Assembly: GCA_964016885.1 (NCBI GenBank) | Contig: OZ024742.1 | Location: forward strand, 70,432,001 to 70,496,000 | Direction of reading: 5' to 3' | From: Eledone cirrhosa | Lineage: Eukaryota | DNA: 64,000 nucleotides | Shown: in pieces, positions 27,756 through 43,370 of the stretch | Layout of the letters: each line of letters starts with the position of its first letter | Numbering within the stretch: the first letter of the stretch is position 1 | Position numbers and translations under genes: made by a program | Notes under the pieces: generated by a model | Told to the model about the DNA's origin: nothing | Databases searched by the model: none | What the model saw: only the letters and a program-made list of their open reading frames with translations

Positions 27756-28014
27756 TGTTGCAAACCAATTCAAAAGAAAACATTCAAATTTGCTCTGTTC
27801 ACCATCTAAAAGGTCAGGATTGTTATTTAATCCATCCATCATGGCTGCCCCACAATTATGATGCATGATTTTATATTAAATAAAAGCAGCAACCATCCAT
27901 CAACATCATTCAATAGTGCTGTGCTTTCGTACTCAATTCAAAATAGGGTGTCTATATTTTTATCTGCTATTTACTATTGTAGAAAATAATAAGAGAATAT
28001 TATAGTTCATAAGT
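27756..28014 (-). repeat. 3' LTR of the Gypsy element
   Basis: Diverged direct repeat of 31228-31546. Confidence 0.88.
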
Positions 28015-31000
28015 CTTCCATGCTGATAGAAAAGTCAGCCATGGCACATTTAAAGCATAGTCTTTTAGATAGGAAGGGATCTTGATAATTCACCCCTATC
28101 TCAGGCTTCTCATCCCTTTTTATTTTTGAATGCTGATGTTTTGTTGCCTGTATTATTCTCATTCAGTTACTAATCTGTCAGTTTTTCCATGTGCCAGGTT
28201 GTGAACTCTGTTTCTTTGTGGATACACGATCTATTGTTGTACTGTCGGAGTCGATTCCCTGTTGATTGCTGATTTGTGGATCTTGTAGTTCAATGTCAAA
28301 CTCTGTTGAGTTAGTTCTGATTGTGTTTGTGCTATCATTGCTTCCTTGAATGAGAGAGTGTCCTGTAGGAACAAGATTGTGTGTTGAAATTATCCACTCG
28401 TCTGTTTCCAAATTCTACTTGGGCGAAGTGGGGAGAAATCGTCTTCACCAATTCAATGTTTTCTACAAGTGGAACACCCTTATTTCTGAGATATTGACGA
28501 TGCAGGATTATGTAACAGGTATTCAGAAGAAATTCAGGTAGAATATTTCTCACTGCTGATGATCTTGTGAATTTGAACATTTGCTCGTGAGGAGTTGTGT
28601 TGCTAGCTGTACAGAGAAGTCCTCTTATTGCTGATAGTGCCAAAGGGAAGAGCTTTTTGCCATTGTTATTTATTTGTAGACAACAAAGTGCCAGATTTAT
28701 GGTCTTCATGAGAGTACTGTTATTCCATTCACATTGATTATTCCCTTGAGGTCGATAGAGAAATGTTCGAGTTTTCATAGTCCCATTGGTGGGAAGGAAC
28801 TCCTGTAGCTTCTTACTCTTGAATTGGGTTTCTCTGTCAGAGTCAATACAGTTTGGTGATCCAAACAATGAAAAGAGGTTGAGCCTGTGGGAGATTACTG
28901 TTTCAGTACTCATGTCATTGACAGAGAATGGCCAGTTCCATAGTTTACAGTTGTTTAGTAGGTGCGTCACTCCTGGGTGGCACAGTTGTTTGTGATGGGT
29001 TACCAGTGTTGCAGTGTCTTTTGTGGCTGCACATCTTGATAGCGTATCTGCTGCTTTGTTTTGAATTGCTGGACTGTTGGAAATAGTGTAATTTATGTCT
29101 GAGCGGTCCAAGCGCCAGCGTATGAGTTTTTAATTTTTAATTTTTACCGTATCTTGTTTATTGAAGATCATCGCTACTGAGTATTGGTCAGTGACAATGT
29201 TGCAGTAAAGAAAGCATGTATTAGGTGGCACCATTTGCAACCACATTCTATGATAGTTCAGGCTTCTCTCTCAAACAATGGATTGGTGTTTTTCTGTCAG
29301 TGAAAGAGACCTTGAATAGAAGGCAACTAGCCTTCCCTGTTGTGATATTGTCCCCTCATCCATGGCTAGGTCGGAAGCATCTGTTTCAATGGTAAGTGGT
29401 ACCTTGGGTAGTAGAACAGAGAGTATGGCATTTATTAATGCAGTCTTGAGGGAGGCAATTGCGACTTTTGCTTCCTCTGGCAGTCTGGCTTTGTTGATAT
29501 TCTCCCTGGCCCTTGTAAGGTGAGGCGGAAGCACTGAGGTATTCACTTTACATAATATGCAAAAATGCCTATCATCCAATTTAGTTCTCTCAATGTTCTT
29601 GGTTTTGGCATATCCTGTAGAGCTTGGTATCTTTTGGGATCGGGCTTTATTGTTAAATTTCCGATAATGTGTCCAAGAAAGTTGAGTTGCTTCTGGGAGA
29701 ATTGGCTCTTGTCCTTGTTGATGATCATGCCAGATGATTCAGCTACCTGGAAATCTTCTGAGATTATCATCATGTACGTATTAATCTTTACCAACTATGA
29801 CGATGTCATCAAGATAGGCAAACATTTTTTGAAGATTGTTCTTTTTAATGAATTCATCCACGACACGTTGAAAAATTGCTGTAGCATTAGTACAAGCAAA
29901 GAGGAGGCGTTTAAACTCATACTGCCTCAAACAGCTTGATAGCTTGTAGTCTTTGGGTAGAAGTTCCACCTGCCAATGCACCTGTCATGTCTATGCTGTT
30001 GAAAGCTTTGTTTGCTGCTATTTCATTTAGAAGACCATCAATCCAAGGAGTAGAGTAGGCAGCCAATTGCATGTAGATATTTATAGTGTTTGAGTAGTCA
30101 ACTACAAGTCTTTTCTTCCTTCCATTGGATATCACAAACCATTGATCTTGCCAGGGGCTGCAGCTCTCCTGAGTTATTTCTTCTGAAAGCAACCACTCTA
30201 TTTCATGCTTAATAAACTCAGTGTCCCTGGGACTGCATCTAGAAGCTGTTGCGATTGGTTGGAACTTAGAGATTTTAATGCCTGGAAGTAGTTCATACGC
30301 TCTACATTTGAGGCTAGACATGGACATGCAGAATGATACAGGATTGCGTGTGCCCTTGTGACGGCTAAATGTTGACAGAGGATGTCGATTCCAATGATGA
30401 TTAGAGCTACAAGGTGACCAGCCAAGAGGAAGTTATAGGTGTTATTTTCAATCACTTCTCTCTGAGTTGCTCATGGACTCATTGATAGCTGCTGTTTTGG
30501 AGGAATTTTGTTTGTTTCCTGGTGGCTTTTTGAGAAGCAGATCTTCTCCCAGTGGCCTTTCTTCTGGCACCTTCTGCAGGTGGTGTTTCTTGCCAGACAT
30601 TGAATTTGTTTTTGGATGTCTCCGGTACACCAAAAGCATGCTGATTTCACGGCTGCAAAAACAGGTGGTTTACCACTACCAGCTAAAGCATTGCGACAGG
30701 TTGCAAGTGTCCTCAATACCCCCCTCCATGGTTTGAGAAAGCTTATAGAGTGTATCAAGGTTGTTGTCGGTTGACTTGAGAAGTCTCTGCCTGATTAGTG
30801 GTGATTGAAGTCCAGCCACAAAGGCATCACCAATGAGAATTTCTCGGTAATAGTCTGCAGTGACGGCTTGGATTTTACACATCTTGGCCAACACCTGAAG
30901 GTTTGACATAAACTCTTCTATAGACACATTTTTCTTTTGTTTGTGAGTTTGTAGCTTATGATGCATCATTATGACTGAACCTTTCTTTATAAACTTGGAG

Positions 31001-31227
31001 TCCAAGTGTTCTATTGCTGCATCAAAGGTTTCCGATTCTTCTACAATTGAGCAGGCTTTGACTTCAGAGAACTAAGTGTACCTCCAGTTTGGTTTCATCT
31101 GGCACTTTTGCTTTAGTTACGTAGATGTGTAGCATTTGTTTCCACTAAGTGTAATCTTCCTCAGTTGGGTTGCCTGACAGTCTTCTTGAACCCTTTGGCA
31201 TCCATTTAAAACAAGTTTGAATAAAAT

Positions 31228-31546
31228 TGTTGTAAACCAATTCAAAAGAAAGCTTTCATTCAAACTTGTTCTGCACGCCATCTAAAAGGTCAGGATTGTC
31301 ATATAATCTGTCCATCATGGCTGCCTGACAATTATGACATGGGATTTTATATTAAGTAAAGACAGCATCTATCCATCAACATCATTCATTACTGCGCTGC
31401 ACTTTTGTACTCAATTCAAAATAGGATTTCTATATTTTTATCTGCTATTTTCTATTCATCATCATCATGGTTTAATGTCTATTTTCCATGCTAACATTGG
31501 TTAATTATAGAAAAGAATTAATAAAAGAATATTATAGTTCATAACA
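31228..31546 (-). repeat. 5' LTR of the Gypsy element, with a ~45-bp RTE/SINE-tail insertion at ~31457-31502
   Basis: Direct repeat of 27756-28014 with an extra (CAT)n-tttaatgtctattttccatgct segment. Confidence 0.88.
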
Positions 31547-31748
31547 TGCACATTAGGTGTTACACTGTAGTCGGTATCCTTAATATCTAGAGTGTTAATA
31601 ATAATAATAATAATGAGGAGTAGGAACAAGGTTTCAACATAACATCATTATGTTTATTCCCATGCGAACCAAAAAACATTTGGTTTGGAGGAGTCAGCTG
31701 ATGATCAGAATATTTTGTTGTTGTGCCTACAACATTACCCAGTATGAA

Positions 31749-31813
<65 letters not shown>

Positions 31814-33002
31814 GCATATCATCCTGTTAACATTTGTTTTTCCATGCTTGCATGGGTTTAAACACACACACCTATACAGAAATTACATACATGCATGTTA
31901 GTTTGATCACCTATAGTTCAGGTGAGCACACCAGCCAAATAGATTTCATCTTCACCAGAAAGCAAGATAGAGCAACAATAGAAAACACAACACACCTCCC
32001 AACATAACCTAGGAGTCAGTGACCTCCTAATTAGGGTTAAAAATACTCAGAGACATAGGGCAACCTGGAGAAGGCTATAGAAATTGAAGGAGCCCTCAGT
32101 CTGTAATAAATTTAGAAATATCTTACTTGACGCTTTTGACAATAAGGAAAAGAAATAGTGATATATGATATAGAGGAGCAGTTGAAGTTCCTGAAAGGCC
32201 ACAGATAAGGTTATGTGGCTTGAGCAGAGGCCCAATTTTTGTGTTATGTTTGACCAGGTTTTCACAGCTGGATGCCCTTTCTATAGTATGGAGTGGGTGT
32301 ATTTTATCATGACACTGTCACTAGAGAGGTTGTCTGCCAAAACTAAGGTGTCCCTTCTGCTCTGTATCTATTTATATTTAGTGTTAGAATTCTTCTTTGT
32401 ATGTGTGTAGATGGGCTGTTGTCTGTGACTAAGATATTTCATATTTAAATGGACCAGTCCACCTAGCTGTATAATCTGCAATCAAAACAGCAGGCCTGTT
32501 ACTATAAAACTGACAGGTGTGGGGGAGATGTTACCTTACAGTGGTAAGTTCAATTCCTCATATGGACCTGATGATTATAACGATAGGCTACCCCAGTGTA
32601 AAATTAACTTAAAATAATTACATAAACACTTATTCAATGGTGGTCCACAATAGTCAACAGAGTTACATGGGAGTCTCTTATAACTCCAATATGTATATAT
32701 TTGTTGCCATAAAGCAGATAATGTAGTACTGTGACATATTCAAAATGTGTTGGCAATCATACTAGTCAGGAACAACAGATGTAAAACAATGATGAGGAGG
32801 AGGATACCAAATCATCATCATCATCATTTTACGTCCGCTTTTCCTTGCTTGCAAGGGTGGGATGGGAACTGATTCTGGCTTGATTTCTACAGCTGGATGC
32901 CCTTCCTAACACCAACCTCATTTACAGTGAGTGCTGGGTGCTTTTTTTCCGTGGCGCCTCCACAACCACTTTGCAGTGGAATGATATGGACCCCAGTCCA
33001 AT

Positions 33003-33152
33003 CATCTCATTTCTACAGCTGAGTAAACTGGAGCAATGTGAAATAAAGTGTCTTGCTCAAGGAAACAACACATTGCCCAGTCTGAGTGAGAATTGAACTC
33101 ACAACCTTTTGATTGCAAGGCCAATGCTCTAACCACTAAGCCGTGTGCCTCC
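33003..33152 (-). mobile_element. tRNA-headed SINE of a second family
   Basis: A box tggttagagc and B box gagttcaattc, followed by ccttgagcaagacact...cagctgtag. Confidence 0.75.
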
Positions 33153-33175
33153 ATATATATATATATATTCTATTT

Positions 33176-33608
33176 CTAGGGCGGGTAAAATTCCCGAGAT
33201 CCATGGACGAGTTCTCTCCAGCGTTCTCTGTCCCTCATTATCGCTGCCATGTCCTGCGTCTCCAACAGACCAGTGTCTGTCCTTAGGGCATCAACATACG
33301 TTAACCTTGGTCTTCCTCTTCTAGTGTGTCCATGTAGGGGCTCCCACAGGAGCACTGAGTGCAATGTCAACTCTGGATGTCGGTGAGCATGTCCAGCTAA
33401 CCTCAGTCTCCTCTGTGTCACTTTTGAGCTGATCTTTGGGAGGCTCCCATACAGCTCTGAGTTTTTCATCCTCAGTGCATACTGATTAATGTCCAGAGCC
33501 ATCCTCAGCATTCTCGTGTAGCACCCATCCACCATCTGCATGAGTTTCTTGGTCAGTGTCCAAGTCTCAGACCCGTACAGCAGCACAGACTCCACTACAG
33601 CAATGAAA
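33176..33608 (-). mobile_element. RTE-clade LINE 3' fragment
   Basis: ORF motifs ESVLLYGSETW...RRLRLAGH...RGRPR. Confidence 0.88.
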
Positions 33609-33629
33609 CTCCCAGTAACTACGGTAAAA

Positions 33630-33812
33630 ACTCCCAGTCCACAGTAAATGTGGTTGGTGTTAGGAAGGGCATCCAGGCGTAGAAAACCTGCCAGATAGTC
33701 CTATACGAGCGAGATACAGTCACCCGTCCAATCTTGCCCCAAGTGGGACAACTCCCGTCTAACCCATGCTAGCGTGGAAGATAGACATTTAAACGACAAT
33801 GATGATGATGAT
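33630..33812 (+). mobile_element. RTE 3'-UTR-derived short repeat with (ATG)n tail (other copies ~12023-12180, 25820-25990, 32812-32985, 60020-60175)
   Basis: ggtgttaggaagggcatccag...aacccatgctagc...(atg)n is shared with the RTE 3' ends. Confidence 0.8.
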
Positions 33813-33871
33813 ATATAAATACACAAGCATGTGAGTGTGTGTTTGTATACTAAGTATATAGAAGAAGTTAC

Positions 33872-33953
33872 CTGTGCCATAGTTGATGCAGGGAGATGGT
33901 GGTATATTAGCCTCAATGGTCACTTTGCTGAACACATAGATTGGGTTAGTGTC
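33872..33953 (-). CDS. RB1CC1: RB1CC1/FIP200 coding exon (DTNPIYVFSKVTIEANIPPSPCINYGT)
   Basis: tttcag|GAC...ACA G|gtaact, phase 0 in, phase 1 out. DTNPIY matches the conserved DTNPIFLF motif of the FIP200 N-terminus. Confidence 0.9.
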
Positions 33954-34749
33954 CTGAAATATATATATAGATATATTTACATATAAACAGACAGACACGT
34001 GCATGTACATGCATACACTGTATTTTCTGTGATATATATAGAGTCCAAACTGTTATATAAGCACTTCAAGAATAAATATATAGAGACTTTGGTATAGAAG
34101 ATATTGAGAGGTATGAGAGTAATAAATATAGAGTCTTTCAAAAGTAGAATCAGAGTTATAAATATGTAAACAAAATAAGGGGTGAGTCAAGACTTCAGAC
34201 ATTTGTATTAACTGAAGTAGCAAAGCAATGATAAAGTCACCTCTTCACAGTCAACATTGCCTCAATGGAAGGAGACAAAACTGTTTATAGGCAACCTTAA
34301 TTTATTTACTTGTCAGCTTTCACCCAGGACATGTTAAGTTGGTTTCAACTATGGATTTACTAGTGAAGCCTGAGTGGAGGAAATATGGTTTTTGCAGGCA
34401 GTCTCCAGTCTTAAAGCATTATGGGTAACCTACTATCAAAATATCAACAGCATTAGAAAACTTTTGAAACACACAGAACTACAAAATAACAATATGTATT
34501 TTAACTATTCCTAGCCTATGAACGAAATAACACACACACACACATATCTGAAATATAAGCACATAGTACTACAAAACAAAGTTGAGAACAAACAAGAAAC
34601 GTTGAAAAAAATGTTGCTCACATTACTAGGAGAACAATATAATAATATTGATGGCGTACAATACAGACATAGTTTAAGAAATATCATTTCGTAGGTTCCT
34701 GCCAACATTCTGTCGACTGACAGCAGCATTAATAGCATGAGAGAAAGGA

Positions 34750-35330
34750 GGGGGTCGTATATAAATTGTATTAGCTGAATTCAGTAAAGGCGTCCAAAGT
34801 TAAGATATGGGAGGACTTTGGGGTTAAGCTGGAATCCAACTTCAGATCAGCAAATAAAGTGTTCTGGCAGACCATCTGCTGACTTCGTAATAAGAAGCCC
34901 TCCATCACACCTGCTATAGAGAATGTGCTTGGGGTTCTCCTCTCTTCAGAGGTGCATCCTCATGAGGTGGAGAGAATACTTTGCTGATCTCCTAAACCTG
35001 ATCACAACAGCATTTTTTTATGTACATGAGGTGCATCAGGGAGCGGTAACTAATTTCTCAGAGGCTGAAGTCACAAGAGCAGTTTAAGAGCTCAAATGTG
35101 GCAAGGCCGCTGGGGAAGGTGAAATCCGACCCAAGATGTTAAAAGCCTTAAATAGAGAAGGTATGATCTGGCTGAGTTGTGTGTGCCGTGTGGCCTGGAT
35201 TTCTTGAAAGGCACCTAAGCAAGGGCAATCAGGTGTAATAATCCTAATTTTCAAAATCTGAGTAAAGAGTTTGTTCCAATTATAAAGGGATCTCCTTATT
35301 AAGCCTGCCCAATAAAGTCTCAGGATGAAT
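34750..35330 (+). mobile_element. Degraded RTE-clade LINE internal fragment
   Basis: Frameshifted translation includes WEDFGVKLESNFRSANKVFWQTI, RWREYF and LKCGKAAGEGEIRPKMLK. Confidence 0.75.
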
Positions 35331-37386
35331 CCACTTGACCACAGGTGACCAAGCAAACCTGCTTCATTTCAAGCATGTAAAGATGGCACCAACTCCAATA
35401 CAGATCCTACCTCTCTTAAGTATCCATCCCACTCTTCCAATAAATTTCATATCTTCAGAGCTGCAACCATTAATGTAGGCTCAAATCGAGGAAGATCAGG
35501 AGAGATTGTAGAGATGTTAGAGTAAAAAAGGTCTGGAAGCTAAAAGACCTTTCCCTAAAATACAAATTTAGGAAAGCCCTTCAAGATGTGTATGACGAAA
35601 AAGAAGACGATTTAGAGACGTATGACATAGATAATAACTGGAATTTTTCACGTGACAACTTACTGCAGGCTACTAATGAAATTTGTGGCTGGAGCAGAGC
35701 TCCAACCAGACAGAGAGTGACCTGGTGGTGGAACAGCACAGTAGATAAGGCCATTAGAGACAAAAGACTAGCATGGAAGGCTTGGGAAAAGGGTGGGAGT
35801 AGGGAAGAATATACAGCCACTAAGAGAGAAGCTAGACGTCAGGTGTACTTAGCACATAGGGAGGCTGAGAGTAGGAGGTTTGCCAATGTTCTGCGACGGG
35901 AAGATCAGAGGCGTGCGGTGTTCCACATTGCAAGGCAGTGTGTCAATGCAAATCAGGATGTTGTTGGAGATAAATGTGCTCGGAATGATGCCGGTGTCAT
36001 GAATGATCAGAAAAAGGGGGCCTGGAAATGTCATTATGAGAGACTGATGAATGTGGAGAACGAATGGGAGAGAGAGAAATTACCCTCAGTAGATCCGACA
36101 GAGGGACCAGCTATTGAGATTGACGAATATAGGGTCTACGAGGCGATTAAGGAAATGAAAAATGGTAAGGCTGCTGGACCATCGGGAATAGTTGCTGAGA
36201 TGCTGAAGACATCAGGGGACGTAGGCACTAAACTGGTTGCACGCATCATCAATCAGGCTATATATGGTGGTGTCATACCCAAAGACTGGTGCAGCAGTAT
36301 TCTCATAAATTGCTACAAAGGTAAAGGGGATGCTCTGGAGAGGAGCAATTATTGGGGTATAAAACTGATGGATCAGGTTATGAAAGTGGCAGAGAGAATA
36401 TTAGCACAACTAATTAGAGAAAGGGTCAAACTAGATGAGATGCAGTTTGGTTTTGTGCCTCGGAAAAGTACAACAGATGCCCTCTTCTTAGTGAGGCAAC
36501 TACAAGAGAGGTTCTTAGAGAAAAATAAGCCACTATACTTAGCCTTTGTTGACCTAGAGAAGGCCTTTGATAGGGTACCTCGATCTGTCATCTGGTGGTC
36601 CCTAAGGAAACTAGGTGTTGAGGAATGGCTTGTGAGGTCAGTGCAAACTTTGTACAGAGGTACTGTCAGTAAAGTCAGGGTAGGAATGGAGTTTAGTGAG
36701 GAATTCCAGATACAAGTAGGACTTCATCAAGGTTCGGTCCTCAGCCCGCTCTTGTTCATTATAGTCCTCCAAGCCATAACAGAGGAGTTTAAGACTGGCT
36801 GTCCATGGGAACTTCTCTATGCTGACGATCTGGTTCTTATAGCAGCATCAGTAGAGGAGCTAGAGAATAAATTCTGGTTATGGAAACAGCAGTTAGAAGC
36901 AAGAGAACTGAGAGTGAACCTAACTAAGACAAAAGTGTTGATGAGTAGAAAAGAGGACAAAACTGATTCCGTCAGGGAAATGGCCATGTTCGATATGCAG
37001 AAAAGGAACTGGCATACATTCTATAAAATGCACACAATGCAGATCCTGAGTACACAAGAGATGTAGTGGGATAGCAGGCAAACTAACAGGTAGGAAATAT
37101 GTATGCAATAGATGTACAAGGAAATTAGACAGTAGAAGTCGTATGGACATGTAATGTGCATGGAGGATGACCGATGAGTGAAGAAGTGCCAGGAAATGCC
37201 AGTTGAAGGAAGACGTGGTAGAGGTAGACCACGAAAAACATGGGCGGAGGTGGTGAGAACAGACCTCAGATCGCTGAAGCCCACGGTGGAGATGACGAAG
37301 CACCGTGAGAAGTGGAGAGATGCTGTGCTGAATAAGACCCGTCCCCCCCCTTGCAAGCAGGAAAGAGCGGACGTAAAATGATGATA
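35330..37386 (+). mobile_element. RTE LINE with internal deletions (APE start, RT, 3' end)
   Basis: APE N-terminus ATINVGSNRGRSGEIVEML, then ORF 35588..37066 with [18 protein letters not shown] and LYADD, then GRPRKTW and an (ATG)n tail. Confidence 0.93.
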
Positions 37387-37430
37387 TGTATACACACATA
37401 TATATATATACACATATATATATATATATC

Positions 37431-38030
37431 AGAGTAAATTTACTCTGACAACTGCTTGAACGAGCAAAAGAGTACAAGATGCCTCTTTGCGTCGCGTTCG
37501 TAGACTAAGAGAAGGCCTTCGACAGCATCGAAACCAACGCAGTGCTGAACTCGCTGCAGAGAGAAGGAGTCAAGGCGCAATACGTTCAACTGCTCAGGGA
37601 GGCGGATTCCGGATGCACCACCAACATAGCTCTGCTGTCGTCACCCATACGAGTGCCGGTCGAGAAGGGAGTGAAGCAAGGAGATACTATCTCTCCAAAA
37701 GTTTTCACCGCATGTCTCGAGCAGATCATCAGAGGCATTGACCAGCGAGGCGGTGTCAACATCAACAGCGACATACTTGCCCATCTCCGTTTCGCTGATG
37801 ACCTCGTACTCATCGCCGAAACCACGGATCAGCTTCAGACCATACTAACGGAGCTCGACATCGAAAGCTCTGCAGTAGGCCTCAAGATGAACCACATGAA
37901 CTTCGTTTTCATAATGAAGTTCATGCGGTCCGACAACGTACCAACAGGTCGAATGGTGGTTGGCGGTGATGAAATAAAAGAGGTGGAGGAATAGGTCTAC
38001 CTGGGACAAGAAGTGAACATGCGCCGAGAC
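37431..38030 (+). mobile_element. RT fragment of a different RTE family embedded in microsatellite
   Basis: Motifs EKAFDSIE, GVKQGDTISPK and LRFADD. GC/CpG-richer than the surroundings. Confidence 0.88.
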
Positions 38031-40277
<2,247 letters not shown>

Positions 40278-43089
40278 CATCATCATCATCATCATCATCA
40301 TCATCAACGTTTAACGTCCGTGTTCCACGCTTGCATGGGTTTGGACGGGGGTAGTCCCACTTGAGGCAAGAGTGATTGTCTTGCTCGCATAGGACTGTCT
40401 GGCAGGTTTTCTACAGTTGGATGCCCTTCCTAACACCAACCACATTTACAGTGTGGGTCTGGGAGGTTTTAACCGTGTTGCCTACACGGCCACATTACAG
40501 CGTGGACTGTGTGTTTTTTTGTCGTGACACCTACACGATCTCATTTGTTTCGGCCTGGATGGCGCGGCACCAACATAACTTTACATAGAACGGGGTGGTG
40601 TGGATGGGGTGGGGGTGGCGGCGGGAGGGGTGTATTTTGTTAGAGATGCCTACTGGCAAGGCGGGTCTTCTCTGTTACTGAGTACCGCCAAAGGTCACGG
40701 TCCAGTGACATGGTCTTGGAGAGGTGTAAGTGTGTGAGGTCGGAGTTTATCAGCTCATCCCATGTTTTTCTAGGTCTGCCTATTCCGTGGCTACCGTCTA
40801 TCTTTATTGCCCTGCACTTTGTAATACAGCTATCGACTTTCATGCGCATCACGTGTCCATACCAACGCAGCCTTCTCTCGAGTAAACAACATCTGATCCC
40901 TCTTATCTCTAATTTTTTCCTTAGTTCGTTTATGCTTTGCCGTTCACGTATATTACTGTTACACATCCAGCGGAGCATGCAAGCTTCGTTCCTCCCTAGT
41001 CTGCGTATATCCTCTGCACACAATGCCCAGGTCTCACTACCATGCAACATTGCTGTTCGTATGCAGGCATCGTACAACCTGCCTTTCATTTTTAGGGAGA
41101 ACCCTTTAGCAGCTAATAGTGGTATAAGCTCTCTGAACTTTTTCCAACCAGTTCTGACTCTAGCTACAGTACTTTCAGAGCACCCTCCCCCGCTGCTGAT
41201 TTTATCGCCCAGGTAACGGAAGCTGTCCACTATTTCTATAGAACCCTCTGCGCAATTGAAAGAGCTAGTATTTTGTGGGCACTTGCTGCTACTTATTGCA
41301 CCAGAACACCGGCCACATGTAAAGTCTATGTTCTTAGTTAGCTTACCTGTGATCCCACTACATCTTTTATGCACCCATACTTTGCATTTAGGACATAAGA
41401 TGGAGTTTCTACCTACGCCTTTCCTACATACCGAGCACGACCATTTCCCAGAAGGGACCGCCGCCTTGTTTTCTTTCCTACAAACTAGAACTTTGGTCTT
41501 AGTCAGGTTAATTTTAAGTCCTTTTGACTCTAGGCCGTGCTTCCATGTTTGGAATTTCTTCTCTAGCTCGGCCATTGATTCCGCTATGAGTGTCAGGTCG
41601 TCTGCGTATAGGAGTTCCCATGGGCAGCCTGTCTTGAACTCCTCTGTTATAGCCTGAAGGGCAATAATAAATAGTAGTGGGCTGAGAACAGAGCCCTGAT
41701 GGACGCCAACTTTTACGCTAAACTCTTCACTATATTCGTTGTTAATTCTAACCTTGCTGACTGTTTCTTTATACATGGCTTGTATAGCCCTCACAAGCCA
41801 TTCGTCAACGCCTAGTTTTCTAAGAGCCCACCAGATAATGGAGCGGGGGACTCTGTCGAAGGCTTTCTCCAGGTCGACAAAAGCTAAGTAGAGGGGTTTA
41901 CCTTTAGCTAGGTACTTCTCCTGTAGTTGTCGTACTATGAAAAGAGCGTCTGTGGTGCTTTTGCCTGACACAAACCCGAACTGCATTTCATCTAGATCAA
42001 TTCTCTCTCTGATTAGTTGCGCTATTACTTTTTCCGTGACCTTCATGACCTGGTCGATTAATTTAATGCCTCTATAGTTACTCCTATCTAGGGCGTCTCC
42101 TTTACCCTTATAACAGTTAACGATGATGCTGCTATGCCAGTCCTTCGGAACAACCCCATTCTGTACGACTTGGTTAACTATGCGGGTGACCATGGTGTGT
42201 CCCACCGTGCCAGATGCCTTCAGCATCTCAGCAACTATTTCCGAAGGCCCAGCCGCCTTACCAGTCTTCATATCCTTGATTGCCTTACTTATTATACTCC
42301 CCTCGACTAACACTGCTGGTCCCTCTATCGGGTCGATAAGGGGGAGACTGTCTTTCTCCCATTTATTCTCCTCATTTAGTAGCCTTTCATAGTGACACTT
42401 CCAAGCTACCTTCTTATCAGTGTCGGTGATGGCAAGTATGCCATCATCGTTAAGTACACACTTCTCCCCGACAATATCACGGTTTTCCTTGACGCATTGC
42501 CTGGCAATCCTGAACACCTCACGTTTTTGGTCATCGCGTTGTAGAACATGCTTGAACTTTCTTTCCTCAGCTTCCCTTCTTGCTAAGTACACTTCTCTCC
42601 TAGCTTCCCTCCTGGCCACTTGATAGTCTACTCTACTTCCCCCATCCCGCCATACTTTCCAAGCCTGCTTTTTGGCCTTAATTGACCCCTCCACCCTATT
42701 GTTCCACCACCATGTTACTCTCCTCCTGCCTACAGGCCTGCTCCAGCCACAGACTTCGTCTGTCGCCAACAGCAGGTTTGCTTTCAGAAATTTCCACTGT
42801 CCCTCTATATTGTCCGATTCTAGATGCTCTTCCTTACTGTCGAAAGCATCAAGTAATATGCTTTGAAATTTATTTCTGGCTGTGGGGTCCTTTAGTTTCC
42901 ATATTTTCCTCCTGAGGATAGTCCTCTTCTGCTGTCGGGTGCGTCTCGTCCTGACTATGAGGTCGCTAATTATCAGTCTATGTTGGGAGGTGCATTCTTC
43001 ATGGGGGAGGGATTTAGTGTTTACGACAGACACTCTGTCACGTCTTCTGGTAAGGATATAATCTACCTGGCTTGTGTGTTCCCCGGATC

Positions 43090-43090
<1 letters not shown>
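40278..43090 (-). mobile_element. Young 5'-truncated RTE LINE with uninterrupted ORF (APE C-terminus, RT, PHD-like finger, thumb)
   Basis: ORF 40640..~43090 with SQVDY/SQHR, LYADD and RWYGHV, followed by a 3'UTR and (ATG)n tail. Confidence 0.95.
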
Positions 43091-43139
<49 letters not shown>

Positions 43140-43370
43140 CATATACATACATATATATATATACATATATATACATATACATATATATACATATATATAT
43201 ATACATATATATATATACATATATATATATACATATATATATATACATATATATATATACATATATACATATATATATATACATATATATATATACATAT
43301 ATATATATACATATATATATATACATATATATATATACATATATATATATACATATATATATACATATAA

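Larger units (their letters stand above)
27756..31546 (-). mobile_element. Decayed full-structure Ty3/Gypsy LTR retrotransposon (gag-PR-RT-RH-IN)
   Basis: Element starts TG and ends CA, with TSD TGCAC on both sides (27751-27755, 31547-31551). Gag motif DAFVAGLQSPLIRQRLL with CxxC...GH...C knuckle, RT AYLDD, RNase H ETDAS/VAFYSRSL, integrase SDRETQF/YRPQGN. Many stops and frameshifts. Confidence 0.93.

Noticed and set aside
32535-32567. 33-nt phase 1-1 micro-exon between RB1CC1 exons
   Set aside because: It contains an in-frame TAA and the flanking exons already join cleanly. It could only be a poison exon, and I have no support for that.
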